64,000 nt of DNA from Candidatus Omnitrophota bacterium (GTDB lineage: Bacteria > Omnitrophota > Gorgyraeia > Gygaellales > Profunditerraquicolaceae). This document shows positions 29,120-38,506 of the stretch, one piece after another. How positions within the stretch are numbered: the first letter of the stretch is position 1; every line of letters begins with the position of its first letter. The DNA is taken from contig JAPLLR010000016.1 in assembly GCA_026387455.1 (NCBI GenBank), positions 6,358-70,357 on the forward strand. The letters run 5' to 3'. The notes under the pieces were generated by a model. It saw only the letters and a list, made by a program, of their open reading frames with translations, was not told the origin of the DNA and made no database searches. The position numbers and the translations under genes are program-made.

Positions 29120-30361
29120 ATGAAATCAAGTCTGAGCATTATAGCTAAGTGGTTATATCCGGGGATCGGGGTCAAGCGTTGGGTGGGTTTAAGCGCTTTC
29201 GGCATCTTTCTTTTGGTTTTTGGGGCGCGTTATTTGCGTTCCGAAGAGTTTTGGGTTATTCAGATACTGGACACGGTCATTGTCATATCCGGAATCATCA
29301 TCCTTATCTTAGGCATCAAGATGTTGATGCGTTCTTTTATCGCAGCCTATGTCCCCTCCTCAAAGGATTCCGAACTGGTAGATATTTTGTACCAGAGGAA
29401 GCAACTGGGGCGCGGCCCTAAAATAGTCACTATAGGCGGGGGTACGGGATTAGCGGTTCTTTTGTCGGGGCTTAAGGAGCATACTTCTAATATTACCGCG
29501 GTGGTTACTGTCGCCGATGACGGAGGGTCTTCCGGCCGCCTGCGCCAGGAATTTGACATACTGCCTCCCGGAGATATTCGTAATTGCTTGGTGGCTTTGG
29601 CTGATGCTCCGGCTTTAATGCGTGATCTTTTTCAGTTCAGATTCGATACCAATTCAGAACTTTCCGGGCACAGCTTTGGGAATCTTTTTATTACGGTAAT
29701 GACTAGGCTTACTGGAGATTTTGAAAAGGCGATTAAGGAAACGAGTAAGGTTTTGGCTTTGCGCGGGCAGGTTATTCCATCGACTCTTAATAATGTGGTG
29801 CTGGTAGCCGAGCATAAAGATGGCACTACTACGGTGGGGGAGGACAAGATTCCGCGTTCGCGTCGGCCGATCAAGCGGGTAAGCCTCGATCCGGCTGAGC
29901 CGCAGGCGACACCCGACGCCATTAAGGCGATTGAAGAAGCTCAAATCATCGTTCTTGGTCCAGGATCACTTTATACTAGTATCATCCCGAATCTTTTGAT
30001 AAAAGAGATTGCTCAGGCAGTAGCGAATTCAGGAGCGATTAAAGTGTATGTTTGCAATGTGATGACGCAGCCCGGCGAGACTGACGGCTTGAGCGTCAGC
30101 GATCAAATCAAAGAGCTGGTGGGGCACAGCCAGTCGCGAATACTGGATTACTGTATTATTAACACCGGAGAGATCCCGGTGGAGGTACTAAATCGTTACG
30201 CCAAGGAAAGCTCATATTTAGTTATTAACGATCGCAAGAAGATCGAGAGTATGGGCTACCGGACGATCGAAGATGATTTCGCGGTTATCGAAGAAGACGT
30301 AATTAGGCATGACGCTGAGCGTCTTGCGAATATTATCTTAGGTTTAGGGGAAGAGATTTAA
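29120..30361 (+). CDS. YvcK/CofD-like (UPF0052, gluconeogenesis factor family) protein with an extra N-terminal membrane anchor.
   Basis: IVTIGGGTGLAVLLSGLK...VADDGGSSGRLR is the YvcK signature. The first roughly 90 aa contain two hydrophobic helices not present in typical YvcK. Confidence 0.7.
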   Translation: MKSSLSIIAKWLYPGIGVKRWVGLSAFGIFLLVFGARYLRSEEFWVIQILDTVIVISGIIILILGIKMLMRSFIAAYVPSSKDSELVDILYQRKQLGRGPKIVTIGGGTGLAVLLSGLKEHTSNITAVVTVADDGGSSGRLRQEFDILPPGDIRNCLVALADAPALMRDLFQFRFDTNSELSGHSFGNLFITVMTRLTGDFEKAIKETSKVLALRGQVIPSTLNNVVLVAEHKDGTTTVGEDKIPRSRRPIKRVSLDPAEPQATPDAIKAIEEAQIIVLGPGSLYTSIIPNLLIKEIAQAVANSGAIKVYVCNVMTQPGETDGLSVSDQIKELVGHSQSRILDYCIINTGEIPVEVLNRYAKESSYLVINDRKKIESMGYRTIEDDFAVIEEDVIRHDAERLANIILGLGEEI

Positions 30362-30362
30362 G

Positions 30363-30632
30363 ATGCCGGTTATCAAGAAAAAACTAATAGTAAAGAATAA
30401 GCAGGGTCTGCATGCTCGCCCAGCGGCGCTATTCGTGCAGGTGGCCAATAAATTCGATTCCCGTATCACTATCAAGCGCGATGAAGAAGAGGTCAACGGA
30501 AAATCAATCATGGGTATACTTATGCTGGGCGCGGAGAAGGGCAGCGAGATTGTGATCGAGGCGGATGGCGAGGACGCAGAGACGGCCATGATCGAATTAG
30601 AGAAACTTATCGTTAACGAAGAAGATAAATGA
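30363..30632 (+). CDS. ptsH: Phosphocarrier protein HPr.
   Basis: GLHARPAALFVQ with the active-site His15 context. The regulatory Ser46 region is GKSIMGIL. Confidence 0.85.
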   Translation: MPVIKKKLIVKNKQGLHARPAALFVQVANKFDSRITIKRDEEEVNGKSIMGILMLGAEKGSEIVIEADGEDAETAMIELEKLIVNEEDK

Positions 30633-32359
30633 TCAAACTTAAAGGTATAGCAGCGGCGTCAGGTATCAGTATCGCCCCGGCTTATAAGGTTGGCAAGGAT
30701 GATTTTCTTGTCCCCAAAGAAGTCATCCGGCAGGAAGATATCCCGCAACAGATACGGCAGTTTGAGGAAGCCCTGATCAAGACCCGCCGCGAGATTATTG
30801 AGCTGCAGAAACGTATCGGCCATGAGATGGGGCAGGAAGAGGCCCAGATATTTGATGCGCATCTATTGGTCCTTGAGGACCGTATGCTCATTGAAGAGGT
30901 TATATCACGCCTCAAGAAAGAGCAGCTCAACGTTGCGTTTATTTTCCAGGAAGTTTTAAAGAAATACGTTGAAGTTTTTTCCAAGATTGAAGATGAGTAT
31001 TTAAAAGAGCGCATCTCTGATATTAATGATGTTGGTAAAAGGATACTGCGCAATCTGCTCGGTAAGACCCGTAGCGGCCTTTCTGATCTTAAGGAGCGGG
31101 TAATCGTCATCGCGCATGACCTTTCGCCATCTGACACCGCCGCGATGCATAAGCAAAGGGTGTGTGGTTTTGTCACTGATATCGGCGGCAAGACGTCGCA
31201 CACAGCGATTATGGCCAAGTCTCTTGAGATCCCGGCAGTAGTAGGCCTTGAAGAGGCGACATATAAGATCAGGGCCGGGGATATGCTGATTGTCGATGGC
31301 AGTTCCGGCTTGGTCATCGTCAATCCTGATGAGGAGACACTCAATGCTTATCGCCAGGAAGAGCTGAAACTTAAGGGGGTGACCGAGCGCTTCCTGTTGG
31401 CTAAGGATATGCCCGCGGTCACTCTTGATGGCAAGACCATAGAGATAAGCGGGAATATTGAGTTTCCCGATGAGGTGCCTGCGGTAAAACTACATGGAGG
31501 AGAAGGCATAGGTTTATATAGGACGGAGTTCTTTTATATGAACCGCAAGGGTCTGCCGACCGAGGAAGAGCATTATCAGGCGTACAGATATGTCGCCGAA
31601 GCGATGAAGCCCCAGCCGGTGATCATCCGCACCCTGGATTTGGGCGGAGATAAATTTCTTTCCCAGTTTGAGATCCCCCATGAGATGAAGTCGTTTCTGG
31701 GCTGGCGGGCCATAAGGTTCTGTCTTGCCCGTCCCGATATCTTTAAATTGCAGTTAAGAGCGATATTGCGGGCTTCGGTGCACGGAAAGCTTAAGATGAT
31801 GTATCCGATGATCTCCGGCGTGGAGGAGCTGAGACAGGCTAACGCCATACTTGAAGAGGCAAAAAAAGAGCTTGAATCTGAGGGCAAGCCCTTTGATAAA
31901 GATATTGAGGTAGGCGCAATGATCGAGGTGCCTTCGGCAGCCATGACCGCGGATATCCTGGCGAAGGAAGCGGATTTTTTCAGCATCGGGACCAATGACC
32001 TGATCCAGTATTCGCTGGCAGCCGACCGCACTAATGAGAAGGTGGCTTATTTATACGAGCCGTCGCATCCGGCGGTCTTAAGGCTCATCCAGAATACTAT
32101 TCAGGCAGCGCACGCGGCAAATATCCGCGTTGGTATGTGCGGTGAGATGGCGGGCGAGCCTGCCCTGGCGGTGCTGCTCCTGGGGCTCGGGTTGGATGAG
32201 TTCAGTATGCCGCCGCAGATGATCCCGGAAATAAAATATATTATCCGTTCGGTAAAAATTAAAGACGCGCAGGAAATGGCGCTTAATGCGCTGAAGCTTT
32301 CTACCGCCAAAGAGGTGGAGGAATACACCCAGGCGCGGCTGCAGGATATACTGAAGTAA
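30629..32359 (+). CDS. ptsI: Phosphoenolpyruvate-protein phosphotransferase (Enzyme I).
   Basis: Matches the PEP-utilising enzyme family: swivel His motif GGKTSHTAIMAKSLEIPAVVG and the C-terminal PEP-binding TIM barrel (RTLDLGGDK). Confidence 0.9.
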   Translation: MIKLKGIAAASGISIAPAYKVGKDDFLVPKEVIRQEDIPQQIRQFEEALIKTRREIIELQKRIGHEMGQEEAQIFDAHLLVLEDRMLIEEVISRLKKEQLNVAFIFQEVLKKYVEVFSKIEDEYLKERISDINDVGKRILRNLLGKTRSGLSDLKERVIVIAHDLSPSDTAAMHKQRVCGFVTDIGGKTSHTAIMAKSLEIPAVVGLEEATYKIRAGDMLIVDGSSGLVIVNPDEETLNAYRQEELKLKGVTERFLLAKDMPAVTLDGKTIEISGNIEFPDEVPAVKLHGGEGIGLYRTEFFYMNRKGLPTEEEHYQAYRYVAEAMKPQPVIIRTLDLGGDKFLSQFEIPHEMKSFLGWRAIRFCLARPDIFKLQLRAILRASVHGKLKMMYPMISGVEELRQANAILEEAKKELESEGKPFDKDIEVGAMIEVPSAAMTADILAKEADFFSIGTNDLIQYSLAADRTNEKVAYLYEPSHPAVLRLIQNTIQAAHAANIRVGMCGEMAGEPALAVLLLGLGLDEFSMPPQMIPEIKYIIRSVKIKDAQEMALNALKLSTAKEVEEYTQARLQDILK

Positions 32360-32364
32360 AGACG

Positions 32365-33102
32365 ATGAAAGCGCTGATATTAGCGGCAGGGTACGCCACA
32401 AGGCTTTATCCGTTGACCAGGGAATATCCCAAGTCGCTTCTTCCGGTTAATGGCAGCCCGATAATCGATTATATAATTGACAAGCTTGCGCGGGTAGATG
32501 AGATCGAAGAGTTTATCGTTATCACCAACAACAAGTTTTTTAGACAATTTAAGGCTTGGCAAGGCAAACACCGCCTAAAGAAGAAGATCAGCATCGTAAA
32601 TGATCTTACCCGTGATAATGCTACGCGGCTTGGCGCCATCGGGGATATGAATTTTGTGCTAGACAAGAAGCGCATTAAGGAAGACCTGCTGGTTATCGGA
32701 GGGGACAACCTTTTTAGCGGCTGCGTAAACAGATTCTTAGGTTTTGCCAGGAAGTTTTCCGATTGCCCTGTTATCGGGGTTTACGATATAAAGAAAAGAT
32801 CGGAAGCCAGTAAGTACGGCGTCATCAAGTTGGATAAGTCAAAGAGGGTGATTGATTTTCAGGAAAAGCCCGAAGATCCAAAATCAACACTTGTTGCGAT
32901 GTGTCTCTATTATTTTCCAAAAAGAAGGCTGGGGCTTATCCAGGAGTATCTGCATATTAGGGCAAAGAAAGATGACGCGATGGGTTTTTATATAGATTGG
33001 TTGTGTAATCGTGTGCCGGTGTATGGTTACGCGTTCAGCGGTAAATGGTTTGATATAGGGGATCATAAGTTTTATAACGCGGCGAAAAAAAGCTTTAAGT
33101 AA
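32365..33102 (+). CDS. Sugar-phosphate nucleotidyltransferase (NTP_transferase family, RmlA/MurU-like short form).
   Basis: MKALILAAGYATRLYPLTREYPKSLLPV is the canonical nucleotidyltransferase N-terminus. Confidence 0.65.
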   Translation: MKALILAAGYATRLYPLTREYPKSLLPVNGSPIIDYIIDKLARVDEIEEFIVITNNKFFRQFKAWQGKHRLKKKISIVNDLTRDNATRLGAIGDMNFVLDKKRIKEDLLVIGGDNLFSGCVNRFLGFARKFSDCPVIGVYDIKKRSEASKYGVIKLDKSKRVIDFQEKPEDPKSTLVAMCLYYFPKRRLGLIQEYLHIRAKKDDAMGFYIDWLCNRVPVYGYAFSGKWFDIGDHKFYNAAKKSFK

Positions 33103-33168
33103 TCCCTTGCCTAATCGCGCCAAAAATCTTTTCAATATTTTTGGCGCAGGCTTCGGGATTATTTGCCG
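33103..33168 (+). repeat. Structured intergenic element, copy B (same flanks as 6316-6374, different but complementary stem).
   Basis: TCCCTTGCCTAATC-GCGCCAAAAAT-cttttcaat-ATTTTTGGCGC-AGGCTTCGGGATT. It is followed by an AATAGCGGGCAAATAAGGAGG module also seen upstream of the second csp gene. Confidence 0.6.
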
Positions 33169-33203
33169 AACCGCAATAGCGGGCAAATAAGGAGGGTTTC
33201 AAA

Positions 33204-34382
33204 ATGGCCGTAAAGAAGCATTTCTTCACATCAGAATCGGTAGGAGAAGGTCATCCGGATAAGGTCTGCGACCAGATATCGGATGCGGTACTGGACAAGA
33301 TCTTAAAAGACGATCCAGATCGCGAGCATGCCAGGGTTGCCTGCGAGACTTATGTTACTATGGGGCTTTTGGTCGTGGGTGGTGAAATCACTACTAACGC
33401 CTATGTTGATATACAGAAACTTTGCCGCGAAGTCATCGCGGGTATAGGATACACGCATCCTAAATACGGTTTTGATTCCCAGACCTGCGCTATCATCAAT
33501 ACTATTAACCGCCAGTCTCAGGATATTGCTCAGGGTGTCAATGTCGGCGGAGCAGGAGACCAGGGCATTATGTTTGGTTACGCTTGCAATGAGACTAAGG
33601 AGTATATGCCGCTTCCTATCACTTTAGCCCATAAGTTGGTCAAGCGCATGGCTGATGTGCGTAGAGACGGCACGCTGGATTATTTAGGTCCTGATTGCAA
33701 ATCGCAGGTTACTGTTCAGTACGAGAACGGCGAGCCTAAGCGCGTGGATACCGTTGTGCTTGCTTGTCAGCATACTGAAGATATTTTAGATAAGACCGGA
33801 AAGCATATCACTGATAAGGCAAGGCAGGAGATGATCAATGAGGTGGTAAAGCCGGTGTTAAAGGGCATGATCGACAAAGATACCAAGTATTATGTCAACC
33901 AGACTGGTAAGTTTGTAGTTGGTGGCCCGCAGTCCGATACTGGCATGACCGGAAGAAAGATCATCGTCGATACTTACGGCGGCACGGTTCCCCACGGTGG
34001 TGGAGCTTTCTCTGGTAAGGACCCCACTAAGGTGGATCGTTCCGCGGCTTATATGTGCCGCTATGTCGCCAAGAACATGGTGGCTGCGGGACTCGCGGAT
34101 AAGCTGGTCATCCAGCTTTCCTATGTTATCGGCCATGCGGATCCTCTGTCGATCTGGGTAGATACTTACGGAACCGGCAATTTGTCTGACGAGAAACTGG
34201 TCAGGCTCATTCGCGATAATTTTAAGCTCACCCCTAGAGGGATCATCGAGTCGCTTGATTTATTGCGCCCGTTTTATCGTAAGACCGCTTGCTACGGACA
34301 CTTCGGTAGGAACGAAGCGGATTTTAAGTGGGAGTCTACGGATAAGATAGCGGAATTGAAAAAACAGGCGTCACGTTTATAA
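33204..34382 (+). CDS. metK: S-adenosylmethionine synthetase.
   Basis: [24 protein letters not shown] and the rest of the MetK pattern. Confidence 0.95.
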   Translation: MAVKKHFFTSESVGEGHPDKVCDQISDAVLDKILKDDPDREHARVACETYVTMGLLVVGGEITTNAYVDIQKLCREVIAGIGYTHPKYGFDSQTCAIINTINRQSQDIAQGVNVGGAGDQGIMFGYACNETKEYMPLPITLAHKLVKRMADVRRDGTLDYLGPDCKSQVTVQYENGEPKRVDTVVLACQHTEDILDKTGKHITDKARQEMINEVVKPVLKGMIDKDTKYYVNQTGKFVVGGPQSDTGMTGRKIIVDTYGGTVPHGGGAFSGKDPTKVDRSAAYMCRYVAKNMVAAGLADKLVIQLSYVIGHADPLSIWVDTYGTGNLSDEKLVRLIRDNFKLTPRGIIESLDLLRPFYRKTACYGHFGRNEADFKWESTDKIAELKKQASRL

Positions 34383-34391
34383 CATACAATA

Positions 34392-34662
34392 CACCTGGCC
34401 TTATAGCACCTTGGCATATAGGATTGTCAAGGTGCGTCCCTTCTGGGACGGATAAGCCAGCTGCACAAACAGTGCGCGTTCGCCCAACCTATTGGGCGAG
34501 GCGTGTTCCGTCCTAAAAAGGACGCACCCAGCATACCTTTTAGCTGGGGTGCAGCCTTCTGTTACACCCAACTTTAGCCCCTTCCTTAAAAGGTACAGGA
34601 AGAGCTACCCCTCTGGGGTTATAGGAAAAGTTGGTGTTGTGCTTACTGCACAAGGAGAGAAA
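34392..34662 (+). repeat. Roughly 270-bp compound array of hairpin repeat modules forming the entire metK-ahcY intergenic region and the ahcY leader.
   Basis: Contains at least eight stem-loops, including the CACCTGGCC-TTATAG, TCCGTCCTAAAAAGGACG, GCACCCAGC..GCTGGGGTGC and CCTTCCTTAAAAGGTACAGGAAG modules shared with other intergenic regions. Confidence 0.6.
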
Positions 34663-35919
34663 ATGAAATACGACATCAAAAATATCAAGTTAGCTAAGAA
34701 GGGTGCGTTACGCATCGAGTGGGCAAGCAATAATATGCCGGTGCTGCGCATGATTGAGGAAAGATTCAAGAAAGAATTGCCCCTGAAGGGCTTAAGGGTC
34801 GCCGCTTGTCTGCACGTGACTACCGAGACTGGTGTTTTGATGGAGGTGTTAAAGTCCGGCGGTGCCGAGATATATCTATGTGCCTCGAATCCGCTGTCAA
34901 CTCAGGATGATGTAGCGGCATCATTAGCGGCAAATTTAAAGATCTCGGTATTCTCTATTAAAGGAGAGAATACTAAGACCTACTACAAACACATGCAGTC
35001 CGCATTGGCTGCCAAGCCGCATATCACTATGGATGACGGCGCGGATCTAGTGAGTACTATCCACCAGCGGCCGGAGTCTATGCACAGCAATATAATCGGT
35101 GGTACGGAAGAGACCACTACCGGAGTGATCAGGCTGCGTGCCTTGGCTGAACAGGGAAAGTTGCGCTATCCTATCATCGCGGTCAATGACGCGTTGACTA
35201 AGCATTTGTTCGATAACCGTTACGGGACCGGGCAGTCTACTTTAGACGGTATTATTCGTGCTACCAACGATCTGGTCGCAGGCTCTAATTTCGTGGTCTG
35301 TGGCTACGGCTGGTGCGGTAAGGGCGTGGCTATGCGCGCTAAAGGATTAGGAGCGCGGGTTATAGTTACGGAAATCGATCCTTTGCGCGGCCTTGAGGCT
35401 ACCCTTGACGGTTTTGATGTGATGCCCATTAAGGATGCGGCTAAGGTCGGTGATATCTTTGTCACAGTCACCGGAGATATCAATGTCATCCGGGCAGAGC
35501 ATTTCAAGACCATGAAAGACGGTGCCATAGTGTCAAATTCCGGGCACTTTAACGTGGAGCTGGACCTTCCGGGATTAGCTAAGTTAAGCAAGAAGAGAAG
35601 GTATATCCGCGAATTCGTGGAGGAGTTTACTTTAAGAAACGGCCGCAAGGTAAACATTCTAGGTGAGGGGCGTTTGATCAACCTGGCTGCAGCAGAAGGC
35701 CATCCGGCACAGGTCATGGATATGTCATTTGCGAATCAGGCGCTTTCCGCAGAATATATGGCTAAGAATTACAGGAAATTAAAGAAAACTGTATTTAAGG
35801 TTCCGGATGATATCGATAAGAACATCGCAAAGCTGAAATTGAAATCTATGGGTATTTCTATTGATATATTGACTCCGGAGCAGAAGAAATATTTGGCTAG
35901 TTGGGAGATGGGCACCTGA
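34663..35919 (+). CDS. ahcY: Adenosylhomocysteinase.
   Basis: Matches the AhcY family (NAD-binding GYGWCGKG). The start is taken at the ATG after a GGAGAG RBS; the ORF track's upstream extension lies inside the repeat array. Confidence 0.9.
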   Translation: MKYDIKNIKLAKKGALRIEWASNNMPVLRMIEERFKKELPLKGLRVAACLHVTTETGVLMEVLKSGGAEIYLCASNPLSTQDDVAASLAANLKISVFSIKGENTKTYYKHMQSALAAKPHITMDDGADLVSTIHQRPESMHSNIIGGTEETTTGVIRLRALAEQGKLRYPIIAVNDALTKHLFDNRYGTGQSTLDGIIRATNDLVAGSNFVVCGYGWCGKGVAMRAKGLGARVIVTEIDPLRGLEATLDGFDVMPIKDAAKVGDIFVTVTGDINVIRAEHFKTMKDGAIVSNSGHFNVELDLPGLAKLSKKRRYIREFVEEFTLRNGRKVNILGEGRLINLAAAEGHPAQVMDMSFANQALSAEYMAKNYRKLKKTVFKVPDDIDKNIAKLKLKSMGISIDILTPEQKKYLASWEMGT

Positions 35920-36878
35920 TGAAGAAAATTGCTGTACTGACCACCGGTGGAGATGCGCCGGGGATGAACGCGGCTATCCGCGGGGTAGTGCGCTCGGCTG
36001 TTTACAATAAGCTTGAGGTAATTGGCGTTTTTCGTGGTTGGTGGGGCCTGATCAATGAGGAACTTAAGCCCATGGATCATCGTTCTGTCTCAGGGATCAT
36101 CAGCCAGGGTGGAACCATACTTAAGACTTCCCGATGCCGTGAGTTTTATACCGAGGAAGGCCAGAACCGCGCCTATGAGACAATTAAAAAGTACGGCATT
36201 GATGGTCTGGTGGTCATCGGCGGTAACGGCAGTTTTACCGCCGCGCAGAAGTTTACTGCCATTTATAAAGTTCCTTGTATCGGCATTGCTGCTTCTATCG
36301 ATAACGACGTAAACGGTATCAGCATGACCATTGGCTGGGATACTGCTATTAATACAGCGCTTAATGCCATTGATAATATCCGCGATACCGCGACTTCCAT
36401 GGAACGGATCTACGTAATCGAGGTGATGGGCAGGGAGTGCGGTTCGATTGCTCTGGCAGTGGCTCTTGCCGGAGGATGCGAAGATGTGATTATTCCGGAA
36501 AGACAGTATAACTGGGAAGATGTATGTCACAGTATCGTAAATGGAAATATCCGGGGCAAGATCAGTTGGATTGTGGTAGTAGCTGAGGGCGCGGGAACTG
36601 CGCCTGAGATCGCTAAGAAGATTACTGATATGACTACGCTGGAAACTCGGGCGTTGGTTTTGGGGCATATTCAAAGAGGCGGCAGGCCTACAGCGATATC
36701 TCGCGATATTGCTTTGAATCTGGGTAAGATGGCGGTGGATCTTCTGATAAAAGGAGAGAGCAACAAAGCTGTAGGCATTCAGGGGAATAAAGCTGTGGCA
36801 GTTGATTTTGAAACGGCGATTAAGAAAAAAGAGACTAACGTGGAAGAAATATACAATTTGATTAAGATAATGAGCTAA
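35919..36878 (+). CDS. pfkA: ATP-dependent 6-phosphofructokinase.
   Basis: [25 protein letters not shown]. The ATG overlaps the ahcY stop (ATGA). Confidence 0.9.
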   Translation: MKKIAVLTTGGDAPGMNAAIRGVVRSAVYNKLEVIGVFRGWWGLINEELKPMDHRSVSGIISQGGTILKTSRCREFYTEEGQNRAYETIKKYGIDGLVVIGGNGSFTAAQKFTAIYKVPCIGIAASIDNDVNGISMTIGWDTAINTALNAIDNIRDTATSMERIYVIEVMGRECGSIALAVALAGGCEDVIIPERQYNWEDVCHSIVNGNIRGKISWIVVVAEGAGTAPEIAKKITDMTTLETRALVLGHIQRGGRPTAISRDIALNLGKMAVDLLIKGESNKAVGIQGNKAVAVDFETAIKKKETNVEEIYNLIKIMS

Positions 36879-36921
36879 TTTTCCTGAAGTAAGATTATCG
36901 AAAATTAAGGAGGATTGACTA

Positions 36922-38244
36922 ATGGGAAGACGGCCGATTGATATTGATAAGTTAGTAATGGATCTGATTAATAGCGATGACTCAGGAGCAAAGAAAGAGA
37001 TCGCCAAGAAAATCCAGGATATTGCCTATAAAAAAGGGATTTATCCTTCAAGTATTCATGAGTTATATATTGCGCGCGGCCGCGGTGAATTCAGTGGTTT
37101 TACCGTTCCAGCGTTTAATTTAAGAAGCATGACTTATGATTTGGCCAGGGGGATGTTCAGGGTTGCCAAAAGAAACAATTCCGGTGCTTTTATTTTTGAG
37201 ATCGCTAAATCTGAGATGGGCTACACTGCCCAGCCTCCGGTTGAATACACCAGTGTTATTCTGGGAGCTGCTATTAAAGAAGGCTGGACCGGCCCGGTAT
37301 TTATTCAGGGCGACCATTTTCAGGCCAATGCCAAAAAGTTCCAGGAAGATCCGGAAAAAGAGTTAAAAGTCCTGCAGGATCTGATAGTTGATGCTGTCGG
37401 CGGCGGTTTTTACAATATCGATATCGATTCATCCACGCTTGTGGATTTATCTAAGAAAGATATCAAGAAACAGCAGAAGCATAATTATGAAGTATGCGCA
37501 AAGCTTGCCCAGTTTATCCGCCGTATCGAGCCTAAGGGCATTACGGTTTCTGTGGGCGGTGAAATTGGCGAGGTTGGGCATCAGAATTCTACTCCTGAAG
37601 ACCTGCGCGCGTTTATGGAAGGATTTAAGGAGAGGCTGCGTAAGGGGCTGACTGGGATCAGTAAGATTTCCATTCAGACCGGGACTTCCCATGGTGGGAT
37701 AGTATTACCTGACGGAACTATAGCTCAGGTAAAGCTGGATTTTGATACCTTAAGGAATCTTTCGGAAATCGCTAAGAAGGAATTCGGCTTGGGAGGTGCG
37801 GTTCAACATGGAGCTTCAACTTTACCGTCTGAAGCTTTTCATAAGTTCCCTGAAAATGACTGTTGTGAAGTACACCTGGCGACAGAGTTTCAGAATATGA
37901 TTTATGACTCTAAACATTTCCCAATGGATCTAAAGAAGAAGATGTATGATTGGCTTAAGGTAAATGCTGCCAATGAGGCAAAAGCCGGGGAAACCGAAGA
38001 GCAGTTCTTCTATAAGACCCGCAAAAAAGCCTTAGGCCAGTTTAAGAAGGATATTATGGGCTTGCCCCAGGCTACGCGCGACGCCATTGCCGCTGAGATC
38101 GAGGCCAGGTTTGAGTTCTTGTTTAAACAGTTAAACGCTTTGAATAACAAGCAGCTGGTGGATAAATACGTCATCTTAAAGCGTGTGATCATCCGTAAGC
38201 GCACCGAAACGAATGTGGTGCATGACGGCGAAGGCGCGGATTAA
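36922..38244 (+). CDS. fba: Class II fructose-bisphosphate aldolase family protein (long form).
   Basis: Blocks TVPAFNL, VFIQGDHF, YNIDIDSS, VSVGGEIGEVG, IQTGTSHGG and QHGASTL align with class II FBA motifs. It lies next to pfkA. Confidence 0.65.
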   Translation: MGRRPIDIDKLVMDLINSDDSGAKKEIAKKIQDIAYKKGIYPSSIHELYIARGRGEFSGFTVPAFNLRSMTYDLARGMFRVAKRNNSGAFIFEIAKSEMGYTAQPPVEYTSVILGAAIKEGWTGPVFIQGDHFQANAKKFQEDPEKELKVLQDLIVDAVGGGFYNIDIDSSTLVDLSKKDIKKQQKHNYEVCAKLAQFIRRIEPKGITVSVGGEIGEVGHQNSTPEDLRAFMEGFKERLRKGLTGISKISIQTGTSHGGIVLPDGTIAQVKLDFDTLRNLSEIAKKEFGLGGAVQHGASTLPSEAFHKFPENDCCEVHLATEFQNMIYDSKHFPMDLKKKMYDWLKVNAANEAKAGETEEQFFYKTRKKALGQFKKDIMGLPQATRDAIAAEIEARFEFLFKQLNALNNKQLVDKYVILKRVIIRKRTETNVVHDGEGAD

Positions 38245-38384
38245 ATGAGGACATGACTTATGGAGCCGCCGCAACGCGGCAGGCGATCATAAGGCCCTTC
38301 CTTTATCGGATGGGAAGGCCTACCCCTGTGGGGTAAGTCATATGTCCGAATTTATCCCGTCCCTGGCCAATCTGAAAGATTGTC

Positions 38385-38456
38385 CAGGACTAGTCCTGAG
38401 AAATTTTACAAATTTCTCAGGGCGAATGTGTGAAAATTTTTTAAAAATTTTCACAC
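38385..38456 (+). promoter_or_regulatory. Three consecutive perfect palindromes upstream of ilvD (CAGGACTAGTCCTG; CTGAGAAATTT-tac-AAATTTCTCAG; GTGTGAAAATTTT-tt-AAAAATTTTCACAC).
   Basis: Perfect dyad symmetries with 10- and 13-bp arms, 50-120 nt upstream of the ilvD ATG. They are AT-rich and resemble operator sites for a dimeric regulator. Confidence 0.5.
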
Positions 38457-38506
38457 GGCATATGAGACGGGATTAATGAAATTATTAGTAGAGATCGGGG
38501 GTATTT

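Noticed and set aside
30682-31344. A 220-aa minus-strand ORF
   Set aside because: It is antisense to ptsI, whose Enzyme I motifs are unambiguous. It is a shadow ORF.
34392-34662. An SAH or SAM riboswitch call for the ahcY leader
   Set aside because: I could not match the conserved cores of the SAH or SAM riboswitch classes by eye. Most stem-loops are shared with leaders of unrelated genes. It is kept as a finding to be tested, not annotated as a riboswitch.
36090-37007. A 305-aa minus-strand ORF
   Set aside because: It is antisense to the well-supported pfkA and class II aldolase genes. It is a shadow ORF with low-complexity serine- and leucine-rich translation.
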